From: an uncultured Bacteroidales bacterium
GTDB lineage: Bacteria > Bacteroidota > Bacteroidia > Bacteroidales > UBA12077
Reading direction: 5' to 3'
NCBI GenBank assembly: GCA_964450375.1
Contig: CAYVEW010000005.1
Location: 1-62,802 of the forward strand
Length of the DNA stretch: 62,802 nt
Under the pieces are notes generated by a model. It ran no database searches. It was not told the origin of the DNA and worked only from the letters and a program-made list of their open reading frames with translations. The position numbers and the translations under genes are program-made. Below are positions 1 to 8,495 of this stretch, in pieces (the stretch's first letter is position 1; each line of letters begins with the position of its first letter).

Positions 1-1077
1 AGAGTTATTAGTAACAAAAATACATTGCCTATTCTTGATAATTTCCTATTTCAGTTAAGTGATAACGAACTGAAAATAACAGCATCGGATCTGGAAACCA
101 CTTTAATTACTAACATTCGTTTAGAAAATGTTACCGACGAAGGTAGTATTGCAATTCCTGCAAGAATTTTAACAGACACATTAAAAGAGTTTCCTGATCA
201 ACCCTTAACGTTTGATATCAACACAGATACATTCGGAGTTGTTATCACAACTGAAAATGGTAAGTATAATGTTGTGGGACAAAACGGTGAAGATTTTCCA
301 CAACTTCCGGTGATTAAGGAAGATCAGAAAACGTCCATTCAATTAGCAGCAGATGTGTTGCTTAGCGGAATTGCAAAAACTTTGTTTGCTACAGCCGACG
401 ATGAATTGCGCCCGGTGATGAACGGTATTTTTATCGAACTGTATTCTGATAATATGACCTTTGTTGCTTCGGATGCACACAAATTAGTTCGTTACAGAAG
501 AATGGATGTGAAAGCTGAAAATGAATCAGCCTTTATTTTACCTAAAAAACCCGCTGGTTTACTAAAAGCGATTCTTCCGAAAGAAGAAAACGAAGTAATG
601 ATTGAGTTCGACGATAAAAATGCATTCTTTACTTTATCAAATTACAAATTAGTTTCCCGATTGGTAGAAGGTAATTATCCTAGCTATAACTCAGTTATTC
701 CAACCAATAACCCAAATAAATTAACCATTGACCGATTAGAGTTGTACAACGCCTTAAAACGTGTTGCCTTGTTCTCAAATCAGGCAAGTAATTTGGTTAA
801 ACTGGAAATTAAAGGAAACCAATTGAATGTTTCGGCACAAGATATTGATTTTTCAATATCGGCAAACGAACGTTTAAATTGCCAGTACGAAGGTGATGAC
901 ATGGAAATTGGATTTAAATCATCCTTTTTAATCGAAATTTTATCAAATATCACATCATCCGATGTATTGGTTGAACTTTCCGATCCTTCGCGTGCCGGAA
1001 TACTATTCCCTGCCGAAAAAGATAACAGCGATGAAGATGTACTGATGCTGCTTATGCCAATGATGATTAATGTATAA
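1..1077 (+). CDS. dnaN: DNA polymerase III beta clamp (5' partial)
   Basis: Frame is open from base 1 (RVISNKNTLPILDNFLF), with ASDLE, ATADDELRP, ASDAHKLV and C-terminal LLMPM motifs. The true start lies upstream of the window. Confidence 0.97.
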   Translation, partial: RVISNKNTLPILDNFLFQLSDNELKITASDLETTLITNIRLENVTDEGSIAIPARILTDTLKEFPDQPLTFDINTDTFGVVITTENGKYNVVGQNGEDFPQLPVIKEDQKTSIQLAADVLLSGIAKTLFATADDELRPVMNGIFIELYSDNMTFVASDAHKLVRYRRMDVKAENESAFILPKKPAGLLKAILPKEENEVMIEFDDKNAFFTLSNYKLVSRLVEGNYPSYNSVIPTNNPNKLTIDRLELYNALKRVALFSNQASNLVKLEIKGNQLNVSAQDIDFSISANERLNCQYEGDDMEIGFKSSFLIEILSNITSSDVLVELSDPSRAGILFPAEKDNSDEDVLMLLMPMMINV

Positions 1078-1152
1078 AAATCAATAAATATAAATTTGAG
1101 AAGAGTTTCAAACGAAACTCTTTTTTTTTCAATACCGATAACAAAAAGCACA

Positions 1153-1920
1153 ATGGAATTAAATTTAAAAAAACCTGTGGTATTTTTCGATTTGGAAACT
1201 ACCGGAGTTGATGTTGTAAACGATAGAATTGTAGAAATTTCACTTCTGAAAGTATTTCCCGACGGAAAAGAAGAATCGAAAACCATGCGAATTAATCCCG
1301 AAATGCCCATTCCTAAGCAGGCATCGGATATACATGGAATTACTGATGATGATGTGAAAAACGAACCAACTTTTAATTTTGTGGCAAAAGAAGTTGCTAA
1401 ATTTATTGAAGGTTGCGATCTGGCCGGATATAACTCAAATAAATTTGATATTCCTTTATTGGCAGAAGAATTTTTGCGCGTTGGTGTTGATGTGGATTTG
1501 AAAAAGCACCGTTTTATTGATGTGCAGGTAATTTTCCATAAAATGGAGCAACGTACCTTAACTGCTGCCTATAAATTTTATTGTCAGAAAAGTCTCGACG
1601 ATGCCCATAGTGCAGAAGCCGATACTAAGGCAACCTACGAAATTTTCAAGGCGCAAATTGAACGTTACGAAGAGCTGAAAAACGATATGGAAGAATTGTC
1701 CAAATTTTCTTCGCATAACAAAAATGTTGATTTTGCAGGCCGTATTGTATTAAACGATAAGGGTGAAGAAATTTTTAACTTTGGTAAATATAAAGGACAA
1801 ACCGTAGAATCGGTGTTGGAAAAAGATCAGGGATATTTTGGCTGGATGTTAAATAGTGATTTTCCTTTATATACTAAAAAGGTTTTAACGGCCATCAAAC
1901 TACGAAAATTTAACGCATAA
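1153..1920 (+). CDS. DEDDh 3'-5' exonuclease (DnaQ/epsilon-like)
   Basis: Motifs FFDLETTG, GYNSNKFD and AHSAEADT; lies directly downstream of dnaN. Start moved to ATG 1153 (MELNLKKP). Confidence 0.92.
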   Translation: MELNLKKPVVFFDLETTGVDVVNDRIVEISLLKVFPDGKEESKTMRINPEMPIPKQASDIHGITDDDVKNEPTFNFVAKEVAKFIEGCDLAGYNSNKFDIPLLAEEFLRVGVDVDLKKHRFIDVQVIFHKMEQRTLTAAYKFYCQKSLDDAHSAEADTKATYEIFKAQIERYEELKNDMEELSKFSSHNKNVDFAGRIVLNDKGEEIFNFGKYKGQTVESVLEKDQGYFGWMLNSDFPLYTKKVLTAIKLRKFNA

Positions 1921-1925
1921 ATTGA

Positions 1926-1990
1926 TGTCATCCTGAGCCTGTCGAAGGATGGTAATGATTGTTACATATTTCGACAAGCTCAATATGACA
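1926..1990. repeat. REP-like imperfect inverted repeat
   Basis: Arms tgtcatcctgagcctgtcgaa (1926-1946) and ttcgacaagctcaatatgaca (1970-1990) are complementary at 18/21 positions; intergenic. Confidence 0.7.
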
Positions 1991-2012
1991 ATCAGATTAA
2001 TTTTTATTAAAA

Positions 2013-2624
2013 ATGAAAATAATTGCTATTGGCAGAAATTATATCGATCATGCTAAGGAACTGAATAATCCGGTTCCGAAAGAGCCCATATTCTTTTTAA
2101 TGCCCGATTCGGCGCTTTTAAAAAATAATCAACCTTTTTTTTATCCCGATTTTTCAAATGATATTCACTACGAAGTGGAAATTGTTATAAAACTGGATCG
2201 ATTAGGTAAAAATGTGGCATCCAGATTTGCTCATCGCTATTATAGCGAGATAGGTATTGGAATAGATTTTACTGCCCGCGATTTGCAAAAAAAATGTAAA
2301 GAGAAAGGTTTGCCATGGGAAATAGCTAAATCGTTCGATGGCGCAGCTGTAATTAGTAAATTGAATCCCTTGGAAAAGTTTGGGGATATAAATGATATAA
2401 ACTTCCGATTGGAAAAAAACGGAGAGATTGTCCAGCAGGCAAATACCAGTGAAATGATTTTTAAGGTAGATGATTTAATTGAGCATGTTACCCGTTTCAT
2501 GACAATTAAAATAGGAGATTTGATGTATACCGGAACTCCGGCTGGTGTTGGGCCGGTAAAAATAGGCGACCGGCTAACTGCATTTATCGAAGATGAAAAG
2601 CTTCTCGATTTTGTTATAAAATAG
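2013..2624 (+). CDS. Fumarylacetoacetate hydrolase family protein
   Basis: IGRNY..H, HYEVEIV, GIDFTARDLQ, AKSFDG and GDLMYTGTPAGVG motifs. Confidence 0.95.
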   Translation: MKIIAIGRNYIDHAKELNNPVPKEPIFFLMPDSALLKNNQPFFYPDFSNDIHYEVEIVIKLDRLGKNVASRFAHRYYSEIGIGIDFTARDLQKKCKEKGLPWEIAKSFDGAAVISKLNPLEKFGDINDINFRLEKNGEIVQQANTSEMIFKVDDLIEHVTRFMTIKIGDLMYTGTPAGVGPVKIGDRLTAFIEDEKLLDFVIK

Positions 2625-2637
2625 TTTGTGGATTACA

Positions 2638-3213
2638 ATGATTAAAGCAACTGACAATAACAAAAATCAGATTATTGATATACTAACAAAATCATTTAAC
2701 CACAATAAAAGTACAAATTGGGCAGTAAAAAAGGATAACAAAAGAGTAATGCGAATTGCTGGCTTAATGCGTTATGCCTGCGATTTGTGCCAGACTCAGA
2801 ATGGTGCTTTTTTGTCCGACGATCGAACGGGTGCGGTTTTATTTGATTTCCCGAAAACTTCAAAATACACCATCGGCAGATTGAGCAATGATATCCGTTT
2901 TATATTTAATGTGATTGGCCCCGAAAGGCTTCTCAAAGTTTTAAAAAGAGAAAACTATATTAAAAAGTTTCATCCTAACGAATCGTATATTTATTTGTGG
3001 TTTCTGGGGGTTTTACCCGAAAGTCAGGGCAAAGGAACCGGCAGTGAAATGCTTTCAGAATTAACCGATTTAGCAGATAAAAGGAAACTTTCTATCTACC
3101 TTGAAACATCAAATCCCAGAAATCTGGAATTATATAATCGATTTGGTTTTTCGGTGTATCACGAGTGGAATTCTGATTTTATTGGATTTCCAGTCTGGTT
3201 TATGCGCCGCTAA
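2638..3213 (+). CDS. GNAT family N-acetyltransferase
   Basis: YLWFLGVLPESQGKGTGS (motif A) and IYLETSNPRNLELYNRFGF. Start moved to ATG 2638. Confidence 0.88.
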   Translation: MIKATDNNKNQIIDILTKSFNHNKSTNWAVKKDNKRVMRIAGLMRYACDLCQTQNGAFLSDDRTGAVLFDFPKTSKYTIGRLSNDIRFIFNVIGPERLLKVLKRENYIKKFHPNESYIYLWFLGVLPESQGKGTGSEMLSELTDLADKRKLSIYLETSNPRNLELYNRFGFSVYHEWNSDFIGFPVWFMRR

Positions 3214-3222
3214 AAGAAAAGC

Positions 3223-3876
3223 TTATAATTCTTCTTTTAAATCCTGAAAGAATTTTCTTGTTATTAAATATTTCTGCTGATGTTTCGAATAAAGCTTACT
3301 AAAGTTTTGATACGTGCTTTTAAAGTTTATAAATCGTTTATCCAGGTTATTAATTACTGATTCCGGAAGCTGATTCAGGGTAATTCCCCGTAATAAATAA
3401 ATCTCCGTGTAGCGAACTATTCCAACTTTACCAAAAGCATCCAAATCATCTGCATTGCAAAGTATGGAAAATACGGAGTTAGGTTCTGTATTATTTTGTT
3501 TATAGTCTTTATCATCGTGATTTTCAATTGCGAAAAGTATTTCTTCAAATCTATCAGGTTTTGGCAGTTTGTTTTCTTCAAAATACTGAATACATATTTT
3601 TTTTCCTTCATTGCCATGATTTTCGCTCAAGGTTTTCGTCAGTCCCGTATCGTGAAAAAGAGAAGCAATAAGACAGGACTCAATAAGTTCGTAATCGATC
3701 TGATAAGAATTACAGATGGCTCCAAGGATTTCTTTTGAATATTCCCAAACTCTTAAATGATGCGAATGATCGTGCGAAGGTATATTCGTTCCATTGAATA
3801 TGCTGGCGCAGTAATTGCTTAAAACTGCTAAGTATTTTTTTTCGGCTTGCTGTATGTTCTTTTTGAGTTCTTTCAC
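3223..3876 (-). CDS. HD-domain phosphohydrolase
   Basis: HDHSHHLRV, LFHDTG and ADDLDAFG motifs; GTG start. Confidence 0.85.
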   Translation of the reverse strand: MKELKKNIQQAEKKYLAVLSNYCASIFNGTNIPSHDHSHHLRVWEYSKEILGAICNSYQIDYELIESCLIASLFHDTGLTKTLSENHGNEGKKICIQYFEENKLPKPDRFEEILFAIENHDDKDYKQNNTEPNSVFSILCNADDLDAFGKVGIVRYTEIYLLRGITLNQLPESVINNLDKRFINFKSTYQNFSKLYSKHQQKYLITRKFFQDLKEEL

Positions 3877-3902
3877 AGCTCAAATTTACAATTTGTGAAA
3901 AT

Positions 3903-3936
3903 AAAAAAGCAGAAAAGAACACTTTTCTGCTTTTTT
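3903..3936 (-). terminator. Intrinsic terminator (bidirectional-type)
   Basis: Perfect 15-bp inverted repeat aaaaaagcagaaaag-aaca-cttttctgctttttt just downstream of the 3954 stop. Confidence 0.8.
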
Positions 3937-3953
3937 AAGGAATTATTCCAATA

Positions 3954-4208
3954 TTAGTTTTGCGACTGTGTTTCTTTCGTCATTTGAATAGCCATATCTA
4001 ATATTGTTGTATCGTCAATTGTTACAATGCCTCCATCTGGGCCTTGACTTAAATGGATTCCTGCAGATTCTCCATCGCTGTAATTTGTTCCTCCAAAATA
4101 ATTCCTGACAGTTTCCTCATTCATATCTAATTTATTAGCAATTCGTTTGATTGCTCCATGAGGAAGCTGATCCTTGATTTTTCGTAACTCGTTGAATGTT
4201 AATGTCAT
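3954..4208 (-). CDS. Small conserved Bacteroidetes putative DNA-binding (HTH) protein
   Basis: TFNELRKIKD.LP.G..KRIA..L......VRNYFGG and GPDGGIV.IDDT pattern recalled from a conserved Bacteroidales protein; has its own terminator. Confidence 0.75.
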   Translation of the reverse strand: MTLTFNELRKIKDQLPHGAIKRIANKLDMNEETVRNYFGGTNYSDGESAGIHLSQGPDGGIVTIDDTTILDMAIQMTKETQSQN

Positions 4209-4311
4209 AACTCTTATGTTTTAAATTTGACATGAACCATAAAAATACAGATTATTGACCGTAGAAAAAAATTTAATGTTGATTTAAAATCAATTTTAGC
4301 AAAATTTAACA

Positions 4312-4755
4312 TTAAAATTTGATGGTATTTAAATCCCGAACAATGTATACATCATAATCTCCCAGAAATTGGAAACCTAATTTTTTATAAATATCAATTG
4401 CTTTCTTATTTGACTGATGAACTTCCAGCTTAATCTGATATCCTTTTTCTTTTGCAAATTTTAATGATTCCATTGTGAGCAGCTTTCCGTATCCTTTATT
4501 TTGATAGTTAGGCAAAACGCCAATGTGGTGTAAATGGATTCGTCGTCCGTCAAATGTCATCCACGATGAGCCTATTATTTCGCCGCTTACAGTGTTTTCA
4601 AGTACGATTAATTTTCCTCCAATCTGAATGCTATGTTCAATTATCTGAGCATTGTCCCCACGTTTAGTATTTCCCAATTCGGTTTCCTGCCATAGGATGC
4701 TCAATTTCTCAAAATCATCTTTGTGGTAATCACGAATTCTTATATTTTTCATCAT
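4312..4755 (-). CDS. GNAT family N-acetyltransferase
   Basis: HHIGVLPNYQNKGYG and LEVHQSNKKAIDIYKKLGF; starts immediately after the nfeD stop. Confidence 0.9.
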   Translation of the reverse strand: MMKNIRIRDYHKDDFEKLSILWQETELGNTKRGDNAQIIEHSIQIGGKLIVLENTVSGEIIGSSWMTFDGRRIHLHHIGVLPNYQNKGYGKLLTMESLKFAKEKGYQIKLEVHQSNKKAIDIYKKLGFQFLGDYDVYIVRDLNTIKF

Positions 4756-6183
4756 TTAAACTACTTTCATGACATATAATTGCCCCGATCTGTAATCAAT
4801 TACTTTTACTTTTTCTCCTTTTGATATAAAACCCACTTCTGATTTGGCATCGTAAGTTTCATCTTCGATTTCTACTTTCCCGCTGGGGCGTAAATCGGTA
4901 AATGCGGTGCCTTGTTTTCCGATCATCTCTTTTTGCATGGTATCAACTCCAACATATCCTTCTTCTTTTTTTTGTGTTGAGTTTAATACAATCCACGAAA
5001 AGGTATTAGATGTTAATGCCTTTTTACTTAAATACAGCGATAAAATAAACGATATAAAAATGGATATGACCACAATCAATAGGGCTTGTAGTACTTCCGT
5101 AACGGCTTGTGCAGCATGGAATTCAAATTCAAAAATAATATTATCAACCATGCTTAATACCAGTCCGGTTAAAGCTAAAATTAAACCACCAATACCGGCA
5201 ATTCCAAAACCCGGAATGACAAATATCTCCAGAATAATAAGGATCAGTCCCACAGCGAAAAGTACCATTTCCCAGTTTTCTGCTAAGCCTTCCAGGTATA
5301 AAGGGGCAAAATAAAGTATGGCTGCAAAAATGGCAGCTGCTAACGGAAATCCAATTCCGGGACTTTGCAGTTCAAAATAAATACCTCCAACAATTAACAT
5401 GATTAAAATTCCCTGTATTGCAGGACTTATAAGAAATGCAATAAATCCTTCCAGTTTAGTTGGCTCGTATTTTTTTATTTCATAATGATCTATCTTGGCA
5501 TGTTTAAGCAGGTCTTTTATATCGTTGACAATGGCTTCGCAATATCCATTTTCCAGGGCTTCGTTTGCCGTAAAAGCAACAATCTGGCCGGTGTCCGAAA
5601 CACCTTCAATATACATTCTGGGGTCTACCATTGCTTCGGCTATTAAGGGGTCGCGTCTCCATTTTAAAATGGTATCACCCTGTTCGTTTATAATAGTATC
5701 TTTTCCATGTGCTTCGGCTGTTGCCCGCATTGTAGAACGCATATACGACTGGTATTTTTCGGGCATAATTTTCCCTGTTTGATCTACAACTGAAGCTGAA
5801 CCAATTTTAGCTCCTGGTTTCATATAAATTCGATCTGCAGCAATTGAGATCAAAGCCCCTGCTGATGCTGCATTATTCTCAATAAATGCATAAACCGGTA
5901 TCTTACTTTCCAGAATTTTTGTGCGGATGGAATCGGCCATGTTAACCATTCCGCCATAGGTATTAACATTTATTACAATATAATCGGCATCCAGTTTATT
6001 GGCTTCTTCAAAACTTTTTTGGGTTTGCCTCCACATGCCGGGTTCAATATCCTTGTTGATGTTGAACACATAAACAATGTTTGTCACAGAGTCTTTTACA
6101 CTAATGGTATCGTTAATAGCCATAAGTGATGCATTAAGGCTTAAGCTTATGATTAAACTGAATAAGATAAATGTTTTTTTCAT
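4756..6183 (-). CDS. nfeD: Long NfeD: ClpP-class serine protease domain, TM helices and OB-fold
   Basis: INVNTYGG, AASAGALI, ELQSPG, LEIFVIPGFGIAG and TDLRPSGKVEI motifs; signal peptide MKKTFIL. Start moved to ATG 6183. Confidence 0.9.
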   Translation of the reverse strand: MKKTFILFSLIISLSLNASLMAINDTISVKDSVTNIVYVFNINKDIEPGMWRQTQKSFEEANKLDADYIVINVNTYGGMVNMADSIRTKILESKIPVYAFIENNAASAGALISIAADRIYMKPGAKIGSASVVDQTGKIMPEKYQSYMRSTMRATAEAHGKDTIINEQGDTILKWRRDPLIAEAMVDPRMYIEGVSDTGQIVAFTANEALENGYCEAIVNDIKDLLKHAKIDHYEIKKYEPTKLEGFIAFLISPAIQGILIMLIVGGIYFELQSPGIGFPLAAAIFAAILYFAPLYLEGLAENWEMVLFAVGLILIILEIFVIPGFGIAGIGGLILALTGLVLSMVDNIIFEFEFHAAQAVTEVLQALLIVVISIFISFILSLYLSKKALTSNTFSWIVLNSTQKKEEGYVGVDTMQKEMIGKQGTAFTDLRPSGKVEIEDETYDAKSEVGFISKGEKVKVIDYRSGQLYVMKVV

Positions 6184-6220
6184 TTTTTTAGTTGATAGGT
6201 CGTAAATATTGAATAATATA

Positions 6221-6976
6221 TTATTGAAATTCTTTTGCATATTCTAAAAATAAATTCATTCCGTCTCTCTTCTTTTGATCCAGGTTAAAATCAATATTTT
6301 TTATCAGATAATCTTTCGCATCTATATGTTCCGAAAGATATGAAAGATCTGAACTTTTAATGGCATCATCGATGTGTTCAATGCCAAACCTTAACGCTTT
6401 GTTAAACTCTTCTTTAAATGTACTGCCAATATCTTTATTGCTAACCCAGGCTGCAAAAACAAAAGGCAGATTCGTAAATTTAATCCATTCATCGGCTAAA
6501 TCATATACATACGGAAAGTTATTTTCAACATTCATTGCTTTATCACCAATGATTACGGCAGCCTGTTCTGAATTAATTCTGTTTTGGAAACCTTCGTTCG
6601 TATCTGTCCACTTTACATCAATCTTCCAAAAATGTTTTGCCAGTATTCTTGTTAACATAACCGAGGAGCGGGAGTGGTAGTCGAGCAAAATGCTTTTTAC
6701 TTCCTGTAGTGGTTTGAATGATGCAAGAATAACCGAGCGAACAGTTCCCGAAGCTCCAATGCAATAATCAGATAAGATTTCGGAATGTTTTAATTTTGGG
6801 ATGACAGCAACCGGCACAAGCCCAATATCAACTTCGTTATTTAGCAGTTTATATGCACAAATAGCCGGAATATCTTTTGATAAATCAATGTGGTTTATAA
6901 TGTCACTGTTTTCCAGTCCGTATACAAATGGTAATGTATTGGTATACGATACAGCTGAAATTTTAACTTTTGTCAT
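6221..6976 (-). CDS. mqnA: Chorismate dehydratase (futalosine menaquinone pathway)
   Basis: VSYTNTLPF, GASGTVRSV, SRSSVML, IIGDKA, DLADEW and LPFVFAAW motifs. Start moved to ATG 6976. Confidence 0.88.
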   Translation of the reverse strand: MTKVKISAVSYTNTLPFVYGLENSDIINHIDLSKDIPAICAYKLLNNEVDIGLVPVAVIPKLKHSEILSDYCIGASGTVRSVILASFKPLQEVKSILLDYHSRSSVMLTRILAKHFWKIDVKWTDTNEGFQNRINSEQAAVIIGDKAMNVENNFPYVYDLADEWIKFTNLPFVFAAWVSNKDIGSTFKEEFNKALRFGIEHIDDAIKSSDLSYLSEHIDAKDYLIKNIDFNLDQKKRDGMNLFLEYAKEFQ

Positions 6977-7092
6977 TTTTTTTAAGATTAACCTTAACAA
7001 AGATACAAATGCTGCAAATATTATAATAGTATTATAAATTGTTTTTGTTTATTTTGCACTTGTATATTATTCTGAAATAAAAACAAATCGAA

Positions 7093-8439
7093 ATGAGTAA
7101 ATTAAATTCGCTTACTGCAATTTCACCAATCGATGGTAGATATAGAAATAAAGTTGATGAGTTGGGTGTTTTCTTTTCCGAGTTCGGGTTAATTAAATAC
7201 CGTGTACTGGTTGAAATAGAATATTTTATCGCTTTATGTGAATTGCCCTTGCCACAGCTTAAAGATTTTGATAAGGGTTTATTTAATGATTTGCGCATGA
7301 TTTATCAGAATTTTACCGAGGATGATGCTCAAAAGATTAAGGATATTGAAAAAGTAACCAATCATGATGTAAAAGCAGTAGAATATTTTATCAAAGAAAA
7401 GTTTGATGATTTAAAACTGGAGCCTTATAAAGAGTTCATTCATTTTGGTTTAACATCTCAAGATATAAACAATACAGCTACACCATATTCATTAAAAGAT
7501 GCGGTAAATGCCGTTTATTATCCTGTTTTAGATGAGTTGTTAAATAAACTAAAAAACCTGGCAGATGAGTGGAAAGCAATTTCAATGCTAGCCCGGACAC
7601 ATGGGCAACCAGCATCGCCAACTCGCTTAGGGAAAGAAATACAAGTATTCATTACCCGAATCGAAACACAAATGGAGCAGCTCAGGTCGATTCCTTTTTC
7701 AGCTAAATTTGGTGGAGCAACAGGTAATTTTAATGCACATCATGTGGCTTATCCCGAGATTGACTGGAAAAGTTTTGGAAATCATTTTGTGAATGATACT
7801 TTAAAATTACATCGATCGGAACCTACAACCCAGATTGAGCATTACGACAACATAGCAGCTACTTTCGATGCAATGAAACGTATTAACTCCATTTTAGTTG
7901 ATATTGCACGCGATTTCTGGACTTATATTTCAATGAACTATTTTAAGCAAAAGATTAAGAAGGGCGAAGTGGGTTCGTCGGCAATGCCACACAAAGTTAA
8001 TCCCATCGACTTTGAAAATGCCGAAGGCAATTTGGGAATTGCCAATGCGCTTTTCGAACATCTGGCAGCAAAGCTTCCAATTTCTCGTTTACAAAGAGAT
8101 TTAACCGATTCTACCGTATTAAGAAATATTGGAGTGCCGGTTTCGCATTCGATTATTGCTTTTAAGTCTTTATTGAAAGGATTAAGTAAAGTTATTGTAA
8201 ATGAAGCTGCCATTCAGGCCGATCTGGAAGATAACTGGGCTGTGGTTGCCGAAGCAATTCAAACCATTCTTCGCCGCGAAGCTTACCCGAAACCATACGA
8301 AGCGTTAAAAGACTTAACTCGAACCGGCGAAAAAATTACAAGGGAAAGTATTCATCAGTTTATTGAAGGATTGGATTTGTCGGAAGATATTAAGAATGAG
8401 CTAAATAAAATAACTCCTTATAATTATACAGGGATTTAA
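7093..8439 (+). CDS. purB: Adenylosuccinate lyase
   Basis: TAISPIDGRY, TNHDVKAVEY, HFGLTSQDIN, ARTHGQPASPT and GSSAMPHKVNPIDFEN motifs. Confidence 0.98.
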   Translation: MSKLNSLTAISPIDGRYRNKVDELGVFFSEFGLIKYRVLVEIEYFIALCELPLPQLKDFDKGLFNDLRMIYQNFTEDDAQKIKDIEKVTNHDVKAVEYFIKEKFDDLKLEPYKEFIHFGLTSQDINNTATPYSLKDAVNAVYYPVLDELLNKLKNLADEWKAISMLARTHGQPASPTRLGKEIQVFITRIETQMEQLRSIPFSAKFGGATGNFNAHHVAYPEIDWKSFGNHFVNDTLKLHRSEPTTQIEHYDNIAATFDAMKRINSILVDIARDFWTYISMNYFKQKIKKGEVGSSAMPHKVNPIDFENAEGNLGIANALFEHLAAKLPISRLQRDLTDSTVLRNIGVPVSHSIIAFKSLLKGLSKVIVNEAAIQADLEDNWAVVAEAIQTILRREAYPKPYEALKDLTRTGEKITRESIHQFIEGLDLSEDIKNELNKITPYNYTGI

Positions 8440-8495
8440 TTAAGCGTTTAATTTTCAATCTTTTTAATTACCTTTGGTTTAAACCCGGACAACTT

